Assembly (NCBI GenBank): GCA_051362555.1
Contig: CM120644.1
Span: forward strand, 17,568,534 to 17,632,533
Origin: Lingula anatina
Taxonomy: Eukaryota; Animalia; Brachiopoda
Length of the DNA: 64,000 nt
Direction: 5' to 3'
A program made the translations under genes and the position numbers. Positions 1-14,800 of the stretch are shown in pieces. The notes beneath the pieces were generated by a model. It searched no databases. It worked only from the letters and a program-made list of their open reading frames with translations, and was not told where the DNA came from. Positions within the stretch are counted from its first letter, which is position 1. The number at the start of each line of letters is the position of its first letter.

Positions 1-333
1 TACTCTTTGCCACGCCCTCAGGGAAAAATGCTCTGTTGAGTGTCATCAGCCTTTAAACCAATATGAATTTGAAGGGACCTGTAACAGCATTGTTTGAAAT
101 GAAATCTCGATTCAATGCTATTGCCTAAAGTTCAAACAAGTTTTCGGTAGCCAAAGATAAATAAAATCACCCTATCAAAATGTCTGAATTAACGACGGGA
201 AATTGATACTTCTAATTATTACAGTGAGCCATCATTTATGCAACATTATAATGCCACTTTTACTGCACTTCTTTCAGTCGTTTAAATAGATGAGTACAAG
301 TTTCATATTACCTCTGGCGGTTACCTACACCAG

Positions 334-386
334 CTATATTTTAGTGTTTACACCACCGGTATATTGCAGGTAGGAGCCATGAATTT
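334..386 (-). CDS. Possible terminal coding exon of the CAP-EGF gene (EIHGSYLQYTGGVNTKI*)
   Basis: TAG acceptor at 387-389, phase-1 compatible, in-frame TAG stop at 334-336. The polypyrimidine tract is weak and the gene may continue beyond the window. Confidence 0.3.
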
Positions 387-752
387 CTAAATTTCTACGT
401 ATACGTTTTCATTGTGTCTACATGTTTTTTTTTAAGCTGGTAGGTGACGCTATTGTTTTCTTTCGTAACATTTACCCAGTGTTGCCTTAATATCATCTTT
501 ATACAACTTTGAATTTAATTTCCCAACAAGCTGGAAGTTATTGCGTATAACACTGAATTAGGAATATAAACCAAACCAGCCTCGCAAGATTTTTTATCAT
601 CTAGCGACTCTGTAAACTAACCTCTATACTTTGTTCAAAATCAAAATAATTTTCAATCTGTGAAACAGGTTTATATCAACTGAAAGATCTAAAAGATGCC
701 AGTGCACTTGGGAATTCGATAGTCTTTTGGCTATTTACCGTTTTTTACGTAC

Positions 753-3729
753 CTATATGGTTTTCACAAAGTTCCCCCGTGTATTCTCTGGGACAATGAC
801 ACTTGCACAAAATGGGGACGAAGGTTCCGCCATTTTGACACGTTCGATGGCATATATCATTTACTGAAGTAATAAAATGACGCATTTTAGTCTGTTGAAG
901 AAACCAGTCATCCTCATGTCACTGTACTTTTGTTCCGCATGTAAAATTGGCTTTTCTTAGACAAAATTGAAAATTGTAAAATATGTAGATACCAGACTAG
1001 TGTGCTCATGAAAATGCTACGTTGTATTTTGCTCATTTTCTTCTAAAAATCTTGTGGAAATATTTCAATAAGATTTTAAATAAATCCAACAAACAAGAAT
1101 AATATTTAGCTAAAATAGAAAAAACAATATTTAAAAGAAGGAAAGGAAATTATCTTACCAAATTGACATAAGGCTCCATCACATCCGGGCGGACATATAC
1201 ATTCACACGTATTCTGGTTCAGGACCCCGCCGTTATAGCACTGTTTATTACAACCGGAGCCCTGGGCTGGAAATTTGTATAAAATAAATGTGAATTCCTT
1301 ATAACGTGTTGACAAATTCAAAATGATGACAATTTCGAAATGTTAACAATTTCAGGGCTGGGAATAAGAGTTAATTATATTCTTAAATGTTCTATTCATT
1401 TATATGTAATACATGCATCTCGACAGATCACAATAATTCCATCTTGATTTCAATTTTGTGTACTACTTAATATGCATCAGAGAGAAACGTAGAGAGAGGG
1501 AATGAGAAACGTTGGCTATAAGTGAGGAATGGAAACAATCTCGACATCAGAGCGCATGCGCGCAAGGTCGCGTGGTTAATGTGTTTGACAGAGAGACTGT
1601 AGGAAAGTAACAAAACGAGAGAGAGAAAGAGGGAGGGGAAGGGAGGGGTTTTTCCTTACGTTGGTCACACAGATCTCCAGTCCATCCCGGGCTACAAGAA
1701 CACGTGCAATCAGGCTGCAGCTGACCGTTGACACAATTCTTGTTGCAGCCTCCTAAATTGAAAAAAAATCTTCATATGATCTCTATAATCTAAAACTATC
1801 ATAAGGCACACATGAGGTGAATATTTTTCACTTGTGGGTATATTTTGCTTTTATTGTGCACGTGCTTTGAATATCTGAACGTTTTGTTAGTTTCACTCAC
1901 GTTGAGAGCACGTGGGGCCGGTCCATCCGGGGTAGCAGAGACAGGTGCACGTGGCAGGGTTCACGACGCCATGCATACACGTTTTGGTGCACACTCCTAA
2001 TTCTAAAGAACAATTCATTTAGCATCAAATACACGGGTGAAGTTACATTTTCTGAAACATATGTAGCTGAGACTGAAGTGTGTGTGTGTGTGTGTGTGTG
2101 TTAATGTATGTGTGTAAAAGAATACACGTCGCACAAATCCAGTCTACTTCGGACGACCAATGCGATGTGAAATCAATTAAGAAAAAATTAATCATCCATT
2201 TAATTGCAAAATAATCTCGAAAATAGACCTTAATCCAAGTTATTTATACAGTAAAAGACAACACATCTGATGTATTGTCGTCAACTCACGTTGAGTGCAG
2301 AGCGCTCCTGTCCAACCAGGCTCGCAGCGACACGTGCAGCTTGGCACGTGCAAGGTTCCATGTGGACCGCAGTTCTTCTGACACACTAAAAACATAATAT
2401 ATTTATTGCTTTGCAACTGCATGCATATCCGATTAAAGATATTTCAAAGTAAATAAAAATTTGCACTCGATCTTTTTTTTTTTTGCAAAATTTGTCAAGG
2501 TTTTTAAAACACCCTCCACATGTTCGATACTCACTGGTACTTGGGGTATTGCAATCAAGCCCTGTCCATCCGGGTGGACATTGACAACTGCAGTCTGGCC
2601 GTTGTGTGCCACGGACACATTTGTTAGGACACTCCCCTGTAAGCAAAGAGGAAATAATATGAGACAATCACAAGTGATCTATAAATATTAAACACCCTGG
2701 GAGAACCAGGCGCGTACCGTAGAGGTACCGGGTGGGGCACTCGACTGAAAGGAAAACAGGTCTCAGAGAGCCACTTATAAGAAAACGTGTATATAATTCC
2801 TGATTACACCTGTTTCTCTCTGAGGTAATTTCACTCCTGCCTGAAACACAAAAGTGGTTCAGTTACTGCTATATAATTGTAACTGCTTTTGTTTTTGGGT
2901 ATAGTTACAATGCAGTTTTTAAGTGAGGAGGCAATGTCTACCGTGTCACAGGTATTTGACACTCACTCTTTTTGGTTGGTGAGAAATAAGACAATACGTA
3001 AGTATAAGAAGCATTTTACATAGCACATGCATGGCGTTAAAAAAATTCTGCCTGTGTTATAAATCTAATACATATTCAAATCTTTACAAAAACAAACTTA
3101 AATCAAAGCCTGTGCACGACTTCTGTAAAACACAAGCCAATGAAGGCAGTTATGCTTTTAGTAATGAAAAAAAAATGACGTGAGCTAGTTAAATAAGCGT
3201 TTTATCGCAATTGCGTTAAATTTGCCCCATATGGTTAAAACCACATAAGCTATGCTTACACCTGTCGCAAAGTTCACCATTCCACAGGTCATCACACACG
3301 CATGCGCAGTCGGAGATCCGGAGCCAACCATGGGCTCCACACGTCTTATTGCAGGGAGTTGAATCAGCTGAAACATTCAGATTTTCTTTGAAAGCCTTCC
3401 ATAGACTACCATACTTTTAAGCAAGACATAATGAAAGGCAGTTTAAACATTAAAGAAATTAAACAACAGCGCAGATGTGTTAAATCGAAATCAAAACCAA
3501 AGTTAACTAAACGATATGTTAGTGTCCTGAGTACAGCGAATTAAAGCATTTATGCACATGTATACATGTAGCTCTGAGGAGCTATCTTCATCACTCGGGG
3601 TCACGTAAAGCTTACACATATCACATAGCTCGCCTGACCAAAGGTCATCACAAACACATGTACAGTCAGACGGTCTTAGCCAGCCATGTTGGCATTCCTT
3701 TCTGCAGTCGCTATTATTCTGCGACTCCC
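753..3729 (-). CDS. EGF exon block 3 (8 divergent EGF exons plus a putative 27-nt microexon)
   Basis: Exons 3616-3729, 3260-3367, (2718-2744 microexon), 2535-2636, 2290-2385, 1901-1996 (or 2002), 1660-1752, 1159-1266, 753-863. Pattern C-x3-C-x8/10-C-x-C-x-C-x8-C. Confidence 0.87.
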
Positions 3730-4623
3730 CTGTAACAAAACACCGTTTACAATTACTGTTATAAAAACACTAATGCGGTGACATTGATCACGCGAGAGAC
3801 TATAAATACCTGTAGATTATGCTTAGTTGTAAGTTAGCTCGCAAGGCATGCATTTTGAGTTAGACCTGTGTACGCATAAATAAATAAATAAATGATAATT
3901 GCAAATGAATGGAAGTAAAAAAAAATAACTGAAATCCAAGAAATTTCAACCATTTCTTTTAATCAGCAAGGTATATCCTGTTCAAAACAGTCGACAAAGT
4001 CATGATCTATAAACACGTTTTCGCGGTGTAAATTTCTATTTCTACCGTAAAGGCGGGCAATCCACTGTCAAGTGAGCGCCATATTTGATCAACGAATCAG
4101 TTAGTCTGCGGATCAACTATATTCTAAACAGGTCCTTAAATACTTAATTATTTGCTACAGACTGATGTTTCTCCTGGAAAGATGGCGCTACGACCACTCC
4201 ATAGCAGTGATTGTGCGTGCGACAGACAAATATAGAAGTGGTTGGGGGGGGGGGGGGGGAGTGCGTGCATGTATATGTAAATATGTGAATGTGTCGATGG
4301 ACATTTATTACGTTAGCATTCAGAAAGTATTTGATGGCTTGTTATATCAAACTGGTGATATTTTAACTCACTCTTATCACAAAGTTCACCAGTCCAGAGA
4401 TCGTCACATATACATTTGCAGTCAGATGTTCTCAGAAAGCCATATTTGCATTCTTTGGTACATAATGCAGATTCCCCTATAAAACGCATATTAATGATAT
4501 TTGCATGTTAAGAAGAATAGCTTATATTATAGATGCTGAAATGAGGAGGCTGCTTTAAAGTTGAAATATCAAAAACTTGATTAGAAAGCATTACGTAAAG
4601 CAAAGAAGTCTCAAATTTAATTA

Positions 4624-4664
<41 letters not shown>

Positions 4665-7600
4665 AACCAAGAAAAGCTAAAAAATATGACTAACATATTT
4701 AGCAAGAAATGCCATAATTCAATTATGCGCATTTTAGTTTAAGATAATTAAATAAGCAAAATATTAATCGCCAATCAAAAGAGAGCACACAAAGTTCTAC
4801 TTATTATTTCAACTCACTCTTGTCACAAAGTTCACCCGTCCATAGATCGTCACATATACATTTACAGTCAGATGTTCTCAGAAAGCCGTGTTGACATTCT
4901 TTGTTACACGCTGAAGATTCTCCTGGAAACGTGTTAAAACAGCTGTATTTTAGGTGGCATTACATCAATTTGCAGATGCTGTCATGCGAGAAGTTTTTAT
5001 TAATTGAAATTTGATAAAAAAAACGTTAAAACAGACTATATATGTTATAAATGTTATATATGTGTTATATGTCTATATGTTATTACAAAATATAAAATAT
5101 AATGACTGATATGTCAAGCAAAATTTGGCATAATACAATTAGACGCATTTTTGTTAAAGAATTTAATGAGCAAAATATTAATCACCCAAATATGCTAAAG
5201 TTCTACACGCTATTATTTCAACTCACTCCTGTCACAAAGTTCACCCGTCCAAAGATCGTCACATATACATTTACAGTCAGATGTTCTAAGAAAGCCATAT
5301 TTGCATTCTTTGTAACAAGCTGAAGATTCCCCTGAAACGTGTTAATAATATTTGTACGTCAAGTAGTATAATTTAAAATGTTAGATGCTGAAATGAGGAG
5401 ACTGCCTTTTAGTTGTAATATCAAAATCTTGATTAGAAAGCGTCAAGTAATGCAAACGAGGCTCAAATTTCAATTACAAAAAAGAACTATAAAAAGCTAC
5501 AAAAATTATTACTTATATATTAAACAAGAAAAGGTTTGATTCAATTAGACGCTTTTTTGTTTAAAACAATTATATAAGCAAAATATTAATCGCCAAACAA
5601 AAGGAAGCACACAAAGTTCTACTCATTATTTCAACTCACTCTTGTCACAAAGTTCACCCGTCCACAGATCGTCACATATACATTTACAGTCAGATGTTCT
5701 CAGAAAGCCGTGTTGACATTCTTTGTTACAGACTGAAGATTCTCCTAAAACACGTGTTGAAATATCTGTATGTTTGGTAGTAAAACATAAATTAGGAGTT
5801 GCTGACATAAAACAATTTTTGATAACATGAATTAACAAAGCTTGATTAAAGAGCGTTAAAGCCAAACAAGCCTTGAAATGTCATTAGTCAATGCAAAAGC
5901 TTATTAATATAATGACAAACAAACATGTCAAGCAAAAATGGGCATAATACAATCAGACACATTTTAAATGAGCAAAACATCAAAAGTAAAAAGAAAAAAT
6001 ACAAAAGTTTTACACATCGTTATTTCAACTCACTCTTGTCACAAAGATCACCCGTCCACAGATCGTCACATATACATTTACAGTCAGATGTTCTCAGAAA
6101 GCCGTGTTGACATTCTTTGTTACAAGCTGTAGATTCCCCTAAAACACATGTTGAAATATTTTAAATAAGCAGATGCAGGGAACATTTTTAGCTGAATTAA
6201 TAAAAGCTTGTAAAAAGCCCGTTAAGAAAAGTAAAAGTCTTGCAATTTTGTTCCAAATCATGAAACATAAAAGCAACAAAATAATGACTATTGTGTTAAA
6301 CAAAACTTAGCTTAATACAAACATAGCATTTTGTTAGAAATATCTATGAACAAAATTATAAATCGCCAAATAAAAGAAAGCACAAAAATTCTACACATTT
6401 AAACTCACTCCTGTCACAAAGTTCACCGGTCCACAAGTCGTCACATATACATTTACAGTCAGATGTTCTCAAAAAGCCATATTTGCATTCTTTGTTACAA
6501 GCTGAAAATTCTCCTGGAAACATGCGTTTAACTATCTGTATTTTAGGTGGTATTACCTAAATTTGCAGATACCGTCATGAGGGAATTTTTTTATTAATTG
6601 AACTTGGATAAAAAGGCGTTAAAAACAGACAAGCCTATATATATATATTATTACAAAAAATACAAAAAGCGTATTAATAATTATTAACATGTTAAGCCAA
6701 ATTTGACATAATGCAGTTGGACGCAATTTTGCTAAAGATAACTAAGTAAGTAAAATATTAATCAATTAATCAAGTTCTACACATTGTTATTCAACTCACT
6801 CCTGTCACAAAGTTCACCGGTCCACAAATCGTCACATATACATTTACAGTCAGATGTTCTCAAAAAGCCATGTTTGCATTCTTTGTTACAAGCTGTAGAT
6901 TCTCCTGAAACGTGTTAATAATATTTGTACGTTAAGTAGTATAATTTAAACTGCCAGATGCTGAAATGAGGTGGCTTCTTTTAAGTTGAATCTCAAATCT
7001 AAATGAGAAAGCAAATGAAGTTCAAATTTCCATTACAAAAAAATGAACTATAAAAAGCTAAAAAAAGTATTAGTTATATATTAAACAAGAAAAGGTTTGA
7101 TACAATAAGAATCGTTTTACTTAATGAAATGAGCAAAATATTAATCGCTAAACAAAAAGAAGCACGTAAAGTTCTACACATTGTTATTTAAACTCACTCT
7201 TGTCACAAAGTTCGCCAGTCCACAAATCGTCACATATACATTTACAGTCAGATGTTCTCAGAAAGCCATTTTGACATTGTTTGTTACAGACTGTTGATTC
7301 CCCTAAAACGTGTTAAAATATCCGTATGTTTGGTAGTTATACCTAAATTAGGAGAAGCTGACATGAAATAATTTTGATTAAATGAATTAAGAAGTCTTGA
7401 TTAAAAACAAAAATCTTGAAATTTAATTAGTCGATGTAAAGCTTATTAATATAATGACAAACAAATATGTCAAGCCAAAATTGACATAATACCATCTGAC
7501 GCATTTTACATAAGAAAAATTTCAATCGCTAAAAAATCCAAAAGTTTTTCACATTGTTATTCAACTCACTCCTGTCACAAAGTTCACCCGTCCACAGATC

Positions 7601-8790
7601 GTCACATATACATTTACAGTCAGATGTTCTCAAAAAGCCATGTTGACATGCTTTGTTACACACTGAAGATTCCCCTAAAACACGCGTTGAAATATTTTAA
7701 ATAAGCAGATGCAGAAAACTTTTATTAGTTTAATTAATAAAAGCTTGTAGAAAAGACTGCTGAGAAAAGAAAAAAAATCTTGAAATTTTTTTCCAAATAA
7801 TGAAACATAAAAGCAAATAAATAATGACTATTGCATTAAAAAAACTTAGCTTAATACAGTTATAGCATTTTGTTAAAAATATCTATTAATCGCCAAATAA
7901 AAGAAAGCACAAAAATTCTAATTCTACACATTGTTATTTCAACTCACTCTTGTCACAAAGTTCACTAGTCCAAAGATCGTCACATATACATTTACAGTCA
8001 GATGTTCTCAGAAAACCATGTTTGCATTCTTTGGTACACACTGAAGATTCCCCTAAAAAGTGTTAAAGTATCTGTACGTTTAGTAGTTTTACCCCAGCAA
8101 ATACAGAACGTTATCTTAACATTACCATAGCGTTTATATAACCAAATAACGTTATAATAACGAACTTTCTGTGATTGCTGGGACTTATCTTAGCAGATGC
8201 AGTAATGAGGCATTAAGGCTTTCTTTAAATAAAGAATAAAGCGTTAAGAAAAGCCAACAAGTCTCAGAATGTTATGGCAAAATATGAAACAACAGAAAAG
8301 CTATTTGATAATGAACATTGTGTTAAACATGACGCTTGACGTTGGACGCAATTTTAGTTTAAGATAATTGAATGATCAAAGTATTATTGCCAAAATACCC
8401 CCCCCCCCTCAAAAAAAAGTTCTTTACATTGTTATATCAACTCACTCTTGTCACAAAGTTCACCCATCCACAGATCGTCGCATATACATTTACAGTCAGA
8501 TGTTCTCAGAAAACCATGTTTGCATTCTTTGTTACAAGCTGAAGATTTTCCTGGAATCATATGTTAACAATATATATGTACGTTTATTAACCATAACTAT
8601 CGTTAGATAAGAAAGCGTTAATAACAATATGCCTTAAAATGCCATGACAAAATATAAGTTACATGCAACAGCTCAACAGGAATAAACATTATACATATAA
8701 ACATAATCCAAGGTCAAATACGAGGTCAAATTTGGCGCTAAAACAGCATAACAAACCGTCAAGCCAATGTATGTTATTGATTGTTAGTTA

Positions 8791-8832
<42 letters not shown>

Positions 8833-11800
8833 GCATCTCGTTATAATCCCAAACTTACTTTGGTTACAGGTCGGTCCTGTCCAGCCGGTTTGACACACAC
8901 AAGTACACCTTGGATAGTCCAGGTAGCCGTGTATGCATTGTTTATTACATCCACCCCCTAAATCTGAATGGAAAAAACGCATTTTAAGCCAAAGTGATAT
9001 TTCTTGAAATTAACGCGAAGCAGTGTAAATTTTATAAGGTCTTATTTTGGCATGTCTGCGTGCCAAAGAAATAAAATAAACAAATACAGAAATCGATAAA
9101 AAAAAAATAAAGAAGACCAATAAATAAATTTGAATTGAATAAAAAAATAATAAAAAACAATAAAATAGAATAAAGAAAAATGTTGTAAAATGTGGAGTAG
9201 TAACATGCACCAGGATAGTAGTCTAGCATTAAGGGGAAAAGGACAATGTAAAATAAGATGTATCTCGCAGAGAGCAAAAGCTGTCCCCTTTGTCCCAAAA
9301 CAATGACGCAAAATATCCAGAAAAATAAATCAATAATAAATGTGTCAAAAATCTCTTACATTGGTCGCAGAGAGCGCCTCCCCACCTCGGGAAGCAGTTG
9401 CAGGTACAAGACTGGCTATCCAAGGTGCCATACACGCACTGCTTGTTACACACCCCTGTGAGAAACATTTGTGGCTTAATTCGTTATTAGATAGATATGT
9501 GATTGTTTTAACAGTTAAAACTTCTGTCGTAACGGTAATAAAAGATATTGTTCGGATGTATTGGTTAAAAAACTATGGATCCTTTCATTAAATAGAGTTT
9601 ATTAGCTATTTCATTTATAAATGATCCTAGAAGATTAATATCTTTATCAGTATTTAAATTTTTCGATGAATATGGAAATCAACGACAGATACTGGTAGAT
9701 AATTTCAACATACAGGGGCAATTAACGATTGAAATGTAAAGGTTCAGCTTCTTAAACAAAACGATGACTTCTCAAACTTACAAGTAAGGCGTAAATGGGT
9801 ATACTTACATACTTAATAGATAAAATAATTCATGCCACAAGATTAATCAAGAACTGATTTAAAAGACGATGCACATGTACAATACAGAACCGTTACTTGA
9901 TCTAAAAAGTTAACATTTCATGACATATGATCACAAAGAATAAATACAACTTACGTTGGTCACACAAAGTCCCAGTCCATCCCTGGTTGCAAACACACGT
10001 GCAAGTTTGAGAATTAAGGTATCCGTTCGCACCGCAGTTTTTGGTACAACCACCCCCGACCGCTGAAAAAAGGTTAATTTTGGATGAAATTTCGGCCCAT
10101 CTTCTCAAACAAAAAAGTCTTCTCAAATTTAAAAAGAAGATAAAATATAAATGAAAATGCACATATTTAATAACTGAATAACTGAAATTGTTTAACTTGA
10201 TTAACAAATTTAAAAGTTGAAGGTCAAAAGTTTATTTAAGAACTGTCAAAAGCAACGCCAAACTTCACTTCACTTCACGACATAGACCCCAAAGAATATC
10301 ACATATACATGTACTTACGTTGGTCACACAAAGTCCCAGTCCAACCCTGGTTACAGATACACGTACAAGTTTGAGAATTGAGATATCCGTTCACACCGCA
10401 ATTTTTGGTACAGGTCTCTGAAAAATTCAGTTTTAAATTAATGTGAGGTTCATCCTCTATATAACAAAACAAACAGCTCCACTTTGTGACATACATCTCA
10501 AATGTTATCACATGTACTTACGCTGGTCACATAGAGGTCCGGTCCATCCCTGGTTGCAGATACACGTACAAGTTTGCGAATTGAGGTATCCGTTCGCGCC
10601 ACAGTTTTTATTGCAGACCTCTAACAAAGTAAATTTTGAATGAAATGTGGCTATTTATCTTTTAAAACAACACGCTGATTTCAAATGTACGAACTAAAAT
10701 AATTCTGATCTACAACGTACACATTGAATAAATGAGAGTTAAGCAGTAAAATAAAAAATACAAGTATAAAAGAATAAATGATTATTTAACAGTTGTAAAC
10801 AGAAGAGCCAGATACAAAAACGTAGGTGAATGCTTAAACCTTTAAACTTTATGACGAGGGATTTTAAAGAACATCACTTACGCTGGTCACACAAAGTTCC
10901 GGTCCAACCCTGGTTGCAGATACACGTACAAGTTTGAGTGTTGAGGTATCCGTTCGCACCGCAGTTTTTGTTGCAGACCTCTGAAAAAAGGTAACTTTTG
11001 AATGAAATGCGACAATGTATCTTTTTTAACAACATGCTGACTTTTCAAAGGTATAAAGTAAAATAAAAATGAACTTTAATCACTGATTTAACAAAAAGAT
11101 TTTATATTTGAGTGATAAGTCTTAAAAATGGCAAAGATACTTCAAAATATAAAATAATAAATGTTTATTCAACATCTGTAAAAAATACAAGCTGTAGATG
11201 TAGAACCGATGGATGCTTAAACGTTCAAACTTTATAACAGGGGTCTCAAAGAATACCACTTACGTTGGTCACACAAAGTCCCAGTCCAACCCTGGTTGCA
11301 GATACACGTACACGTTTGAGTGTTGAGGTATCCGTTCGCACCACAATTTTTGGTACAACCACCCCCAACCGCTGAAAAAGATAAATTTTAGAAAAAATGT
11401 AACGGTCAGTCTTTTCAAACTAATAGGGCTCATTTCCAATGAAACTGTTGTTCTACGCAGATCGATTCTCACATTTTACGCATTCAACTTTACGTCAGGA
11501 GTGGGCTTGATAATATGTTAATCTGATTGTATTCAGCAAGGGTCCCCGCGGATTTGTATCTATCTACGTATAATGAACTTTAATTTCATAGGAAATGAGC
11601 CCATAGACATCTTCTCAAATGTATCGAGTAATTAAAAGATAAATGGACAAGAACACATTTCATAACTGAACGATAAGTTGCGAAGTTGATTAAAAGACTT
11701 AAAAGTTACAGGTTAAAAGTTAAGTCAAAAACTGTGACAGCCAGTACGAAATACATGCCGCAACCGTAATGTGAGTGGATGACAAAAAAGATAACTCTTT

Positions 11801-14800
11801 ATGACAATAATCACAAAGAATTGCACATATACTTACGTTGGTCACACAAAGTTCCGGTCCAACCCTGATTGCAGATACACGTACAACTTTGAGAATTGAG
11901 ATATCCATTTGCACCGCAGTTTTTGGTACAGACCTCTGAAAGGGTAAATTACGAAGAGATGCAACGGTAAATATTTACAAACACAAAAAATAGTGTTTCA
12001 TATTGTTAAAGTAAACAGTAAATAAATGGTTATGCAAGTATTTCATTATACATTTGTGTGATAAGTTGTAAAAATAATTAACAATACTTCTTACGGGGGA
12101 TGCCAATAACAGGGGGTGTAGATGGGTCTTAAAACGTTTACACTTCATGGAAAATATCCCAAAGAATAGCACATATACTTACGTTGGTCACACAAAGTCC
12201 CAGTCCAACTCTGGTTGCAGATACACGTACAAGTTTGAGTATTGAGGTTGCCATTCACACATTGTTTGTTGCATCCACCACCTGTAATGACATAAGTGCA
12301 GCATTTGTATTATACTAACATGACACAATAAATATAGTAAATTAAGATTAAGAGGTTTATAACGTTTGTTCTGAAAACATTCTCATATTAAAAAAGTATT
12401 TCGTGAGAACGTGAAAATCATTCATTTTCATGTATATGTACCTTAGGCATGGGCGGATCCAGATTTATTTAAAGGGGGGGTCCGTGGATACAAAGCCGGC
12501 CCCCCTGGCGTGGGGTTCGGGGCCCGCTACAGGAATCCGAAATTTTCTGTTATTTTAGAGGGCGAACACTGCCATTTGGTGCGGTTTAGAATTATGATTC
12601 AGCTAGTCAACATTCTAATTTGAAGATGGGACCATTGGTGTGATGTTTTTTCAGAAACCGAATGGGGGATCAGCCCCCCCTGACTCTCCCAAATCCGCCA
12701 CTGTTAGGATAAATCCTTGCTGGGTTAGAATTCAGTTATAGGCCTATAGAAATGAGTGATAATAAGATCTTATGTACAACTATTACTTTTTAAAGCAGCC
12801 AATTCCTTGTGATTTTTTTGTTAAATTTGCTATAGCCTTTTTGGAACATGTCAGCTATGAAAGAAATGCCTGGATCTCTAGCTGTTATTAAATGCGACCG
12901 TCAGATGACAGTGACGTGCAAGTTGTCCACGTGGATTCCATACGTCCTCCGAATGCTGATTCGCTTTGTTTCTTGTCAAGTTATCCATAAAAAACTACCC
13001 TTACTTTGAAATTCTTTAGAAAATTCAAGTTGGATTGCCTTGATTCACTTTTTGACTGAATTAACACATTTGTAACTAAAAATATTATATAAATGTTGAA
13101 CTTACCACCACAAGCTGATGGGTTCATAGTACATTCGTATGAGGAGACTAAAAGACAAAATAAACAAAACAAGGCAGCAAAGCTGTCAAATGTACAGACA
13201 AAAAGCAGGAAATAACAAAATAGGCTACTGTCAATTCTGATGCAAAAGTACATTATGTTAAACTGCAAATTCAACATCAAATTCTAATTATGCTCAACAG
13301 GTAATACCAATGTAAGTAAAATGTGTAACAAACATAAGGCTTCAGGCCCATGGGAGTTCAAGTTCACCCTTTGAAAATGTAAAACTTCCAGAAAAAGAAG
13401 TCAATTAGACTGCTTTTCCAACTCAGGCTGCATTTTAGTCCTGTATTTCTTTTTTGAAAGTTTGGCAATCATAAGTAACATGGTTTTCCCAAAATGGTCA
13501 TAATGGCAGCAGCACCCAAAATTGTGTTTTCTTCTATTCTGATGCAATATTACATAATGTTTAACAGCATAATGACAATCAATTTTTAATAATAAAATAT
13601 ACGTATCATGGATTTTCAGAAAATGTGACAAGCATGGGTCTTCAAGCCTGTGGAACTTCAAAGTCACACCTTGAAAATGCCAATATGTGAAAAATTAAAA
13701 TTTCACAAAAAAACTGTTTAACTGGCAGATTGCATTGCCTACTGAAGCTATATTTTAGTCCCATGTTTCTTTCCTGTAAGTTTGAGAACAGTAAGTGACT
13801 TGATTTTTTTTAAATGGTCATCATGGGAGCAGTGCCCAAAATAGGTTTTTTTTCAAATTTTGATGCAATATTACATAATGTTTAACAGCATAATGACCAT
13901 CAATTTTTAATAATAAAATATTAGTATCATGGATATTCAGAAAATGTGACTAGCAAAGGTCTTCCGGCCCATGGAACTTCAAAGTCACAACTTGAAAATG
14001 CCAAAATGTAAACAAGACAGCACTGTTCTGAAATGTTTTTTTTTTTCCATTTTTAACATTTTTTAACATAAAACAAAATTAACAGTTTACTGCCATTTTT
14101 ATATGATCAACTAAAAAATTGATGAGATGGGAAAATATCAATAGAGCAGTGTTAAATGTCCAATTTCTTCCATTCTGAGATTCTGAACATAGTGAATGAT
14201 TGAATCTGACAAACTGCAATGATATGAGTTTATTTCCATTTTTGAAACTTTATTACACAATACACGATAACAAATTAACCATCATTTTTACAAAATCAAG
14301 TAACAATGTTGTAAAGATGCAGGAAATGTCAAACAAACACTTTTAATATCTTATTAATTAAATAATGAAACTGTTAACATGCCTAAGAATTGAATCTGAG
14401 AAAATGTGAAAAAACAACATAACTTCTAAAATAATGGCCCAATTATGCTGATCTTTTAACTCAACCTGCGTTTTAGAAGGATTGACCACTCCTGTGAGTT
14501 TAATGACAATTGGCCTATCTGTTTTTCTTATATTGTGTTTACAGTGTTGCATATATGCTGAAAAGTGAAAAAAAAACATAACTACTAAAATAGTGGCCTG
14601 ATCATGCCCATTTTCTAACTTGACCTGCATTTTAGTAAGATAGATTACTCCTGTGAGTTTCATGACAACAGGCCTATCGGTTTTCCTTGGAATGTGTTTA
14701 CAGTGTTGCATATATGCTGAAAAGTGAAAAATAAAGCATAACTTCTACAATAATGACCCAATCATGCTGATTTTCGAACTTGACCTGCGTTTTATGAATA

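Noticed and set aside
4372-8550. Regularly spaced ~105-bp repeats with variable spacers, superficially CRISPR-like
   Set aside because: The repeats are coding EGF exons with GT-AG boundaries and the spacers are mutually homologous introns; eukaryotic context, no cas genes.
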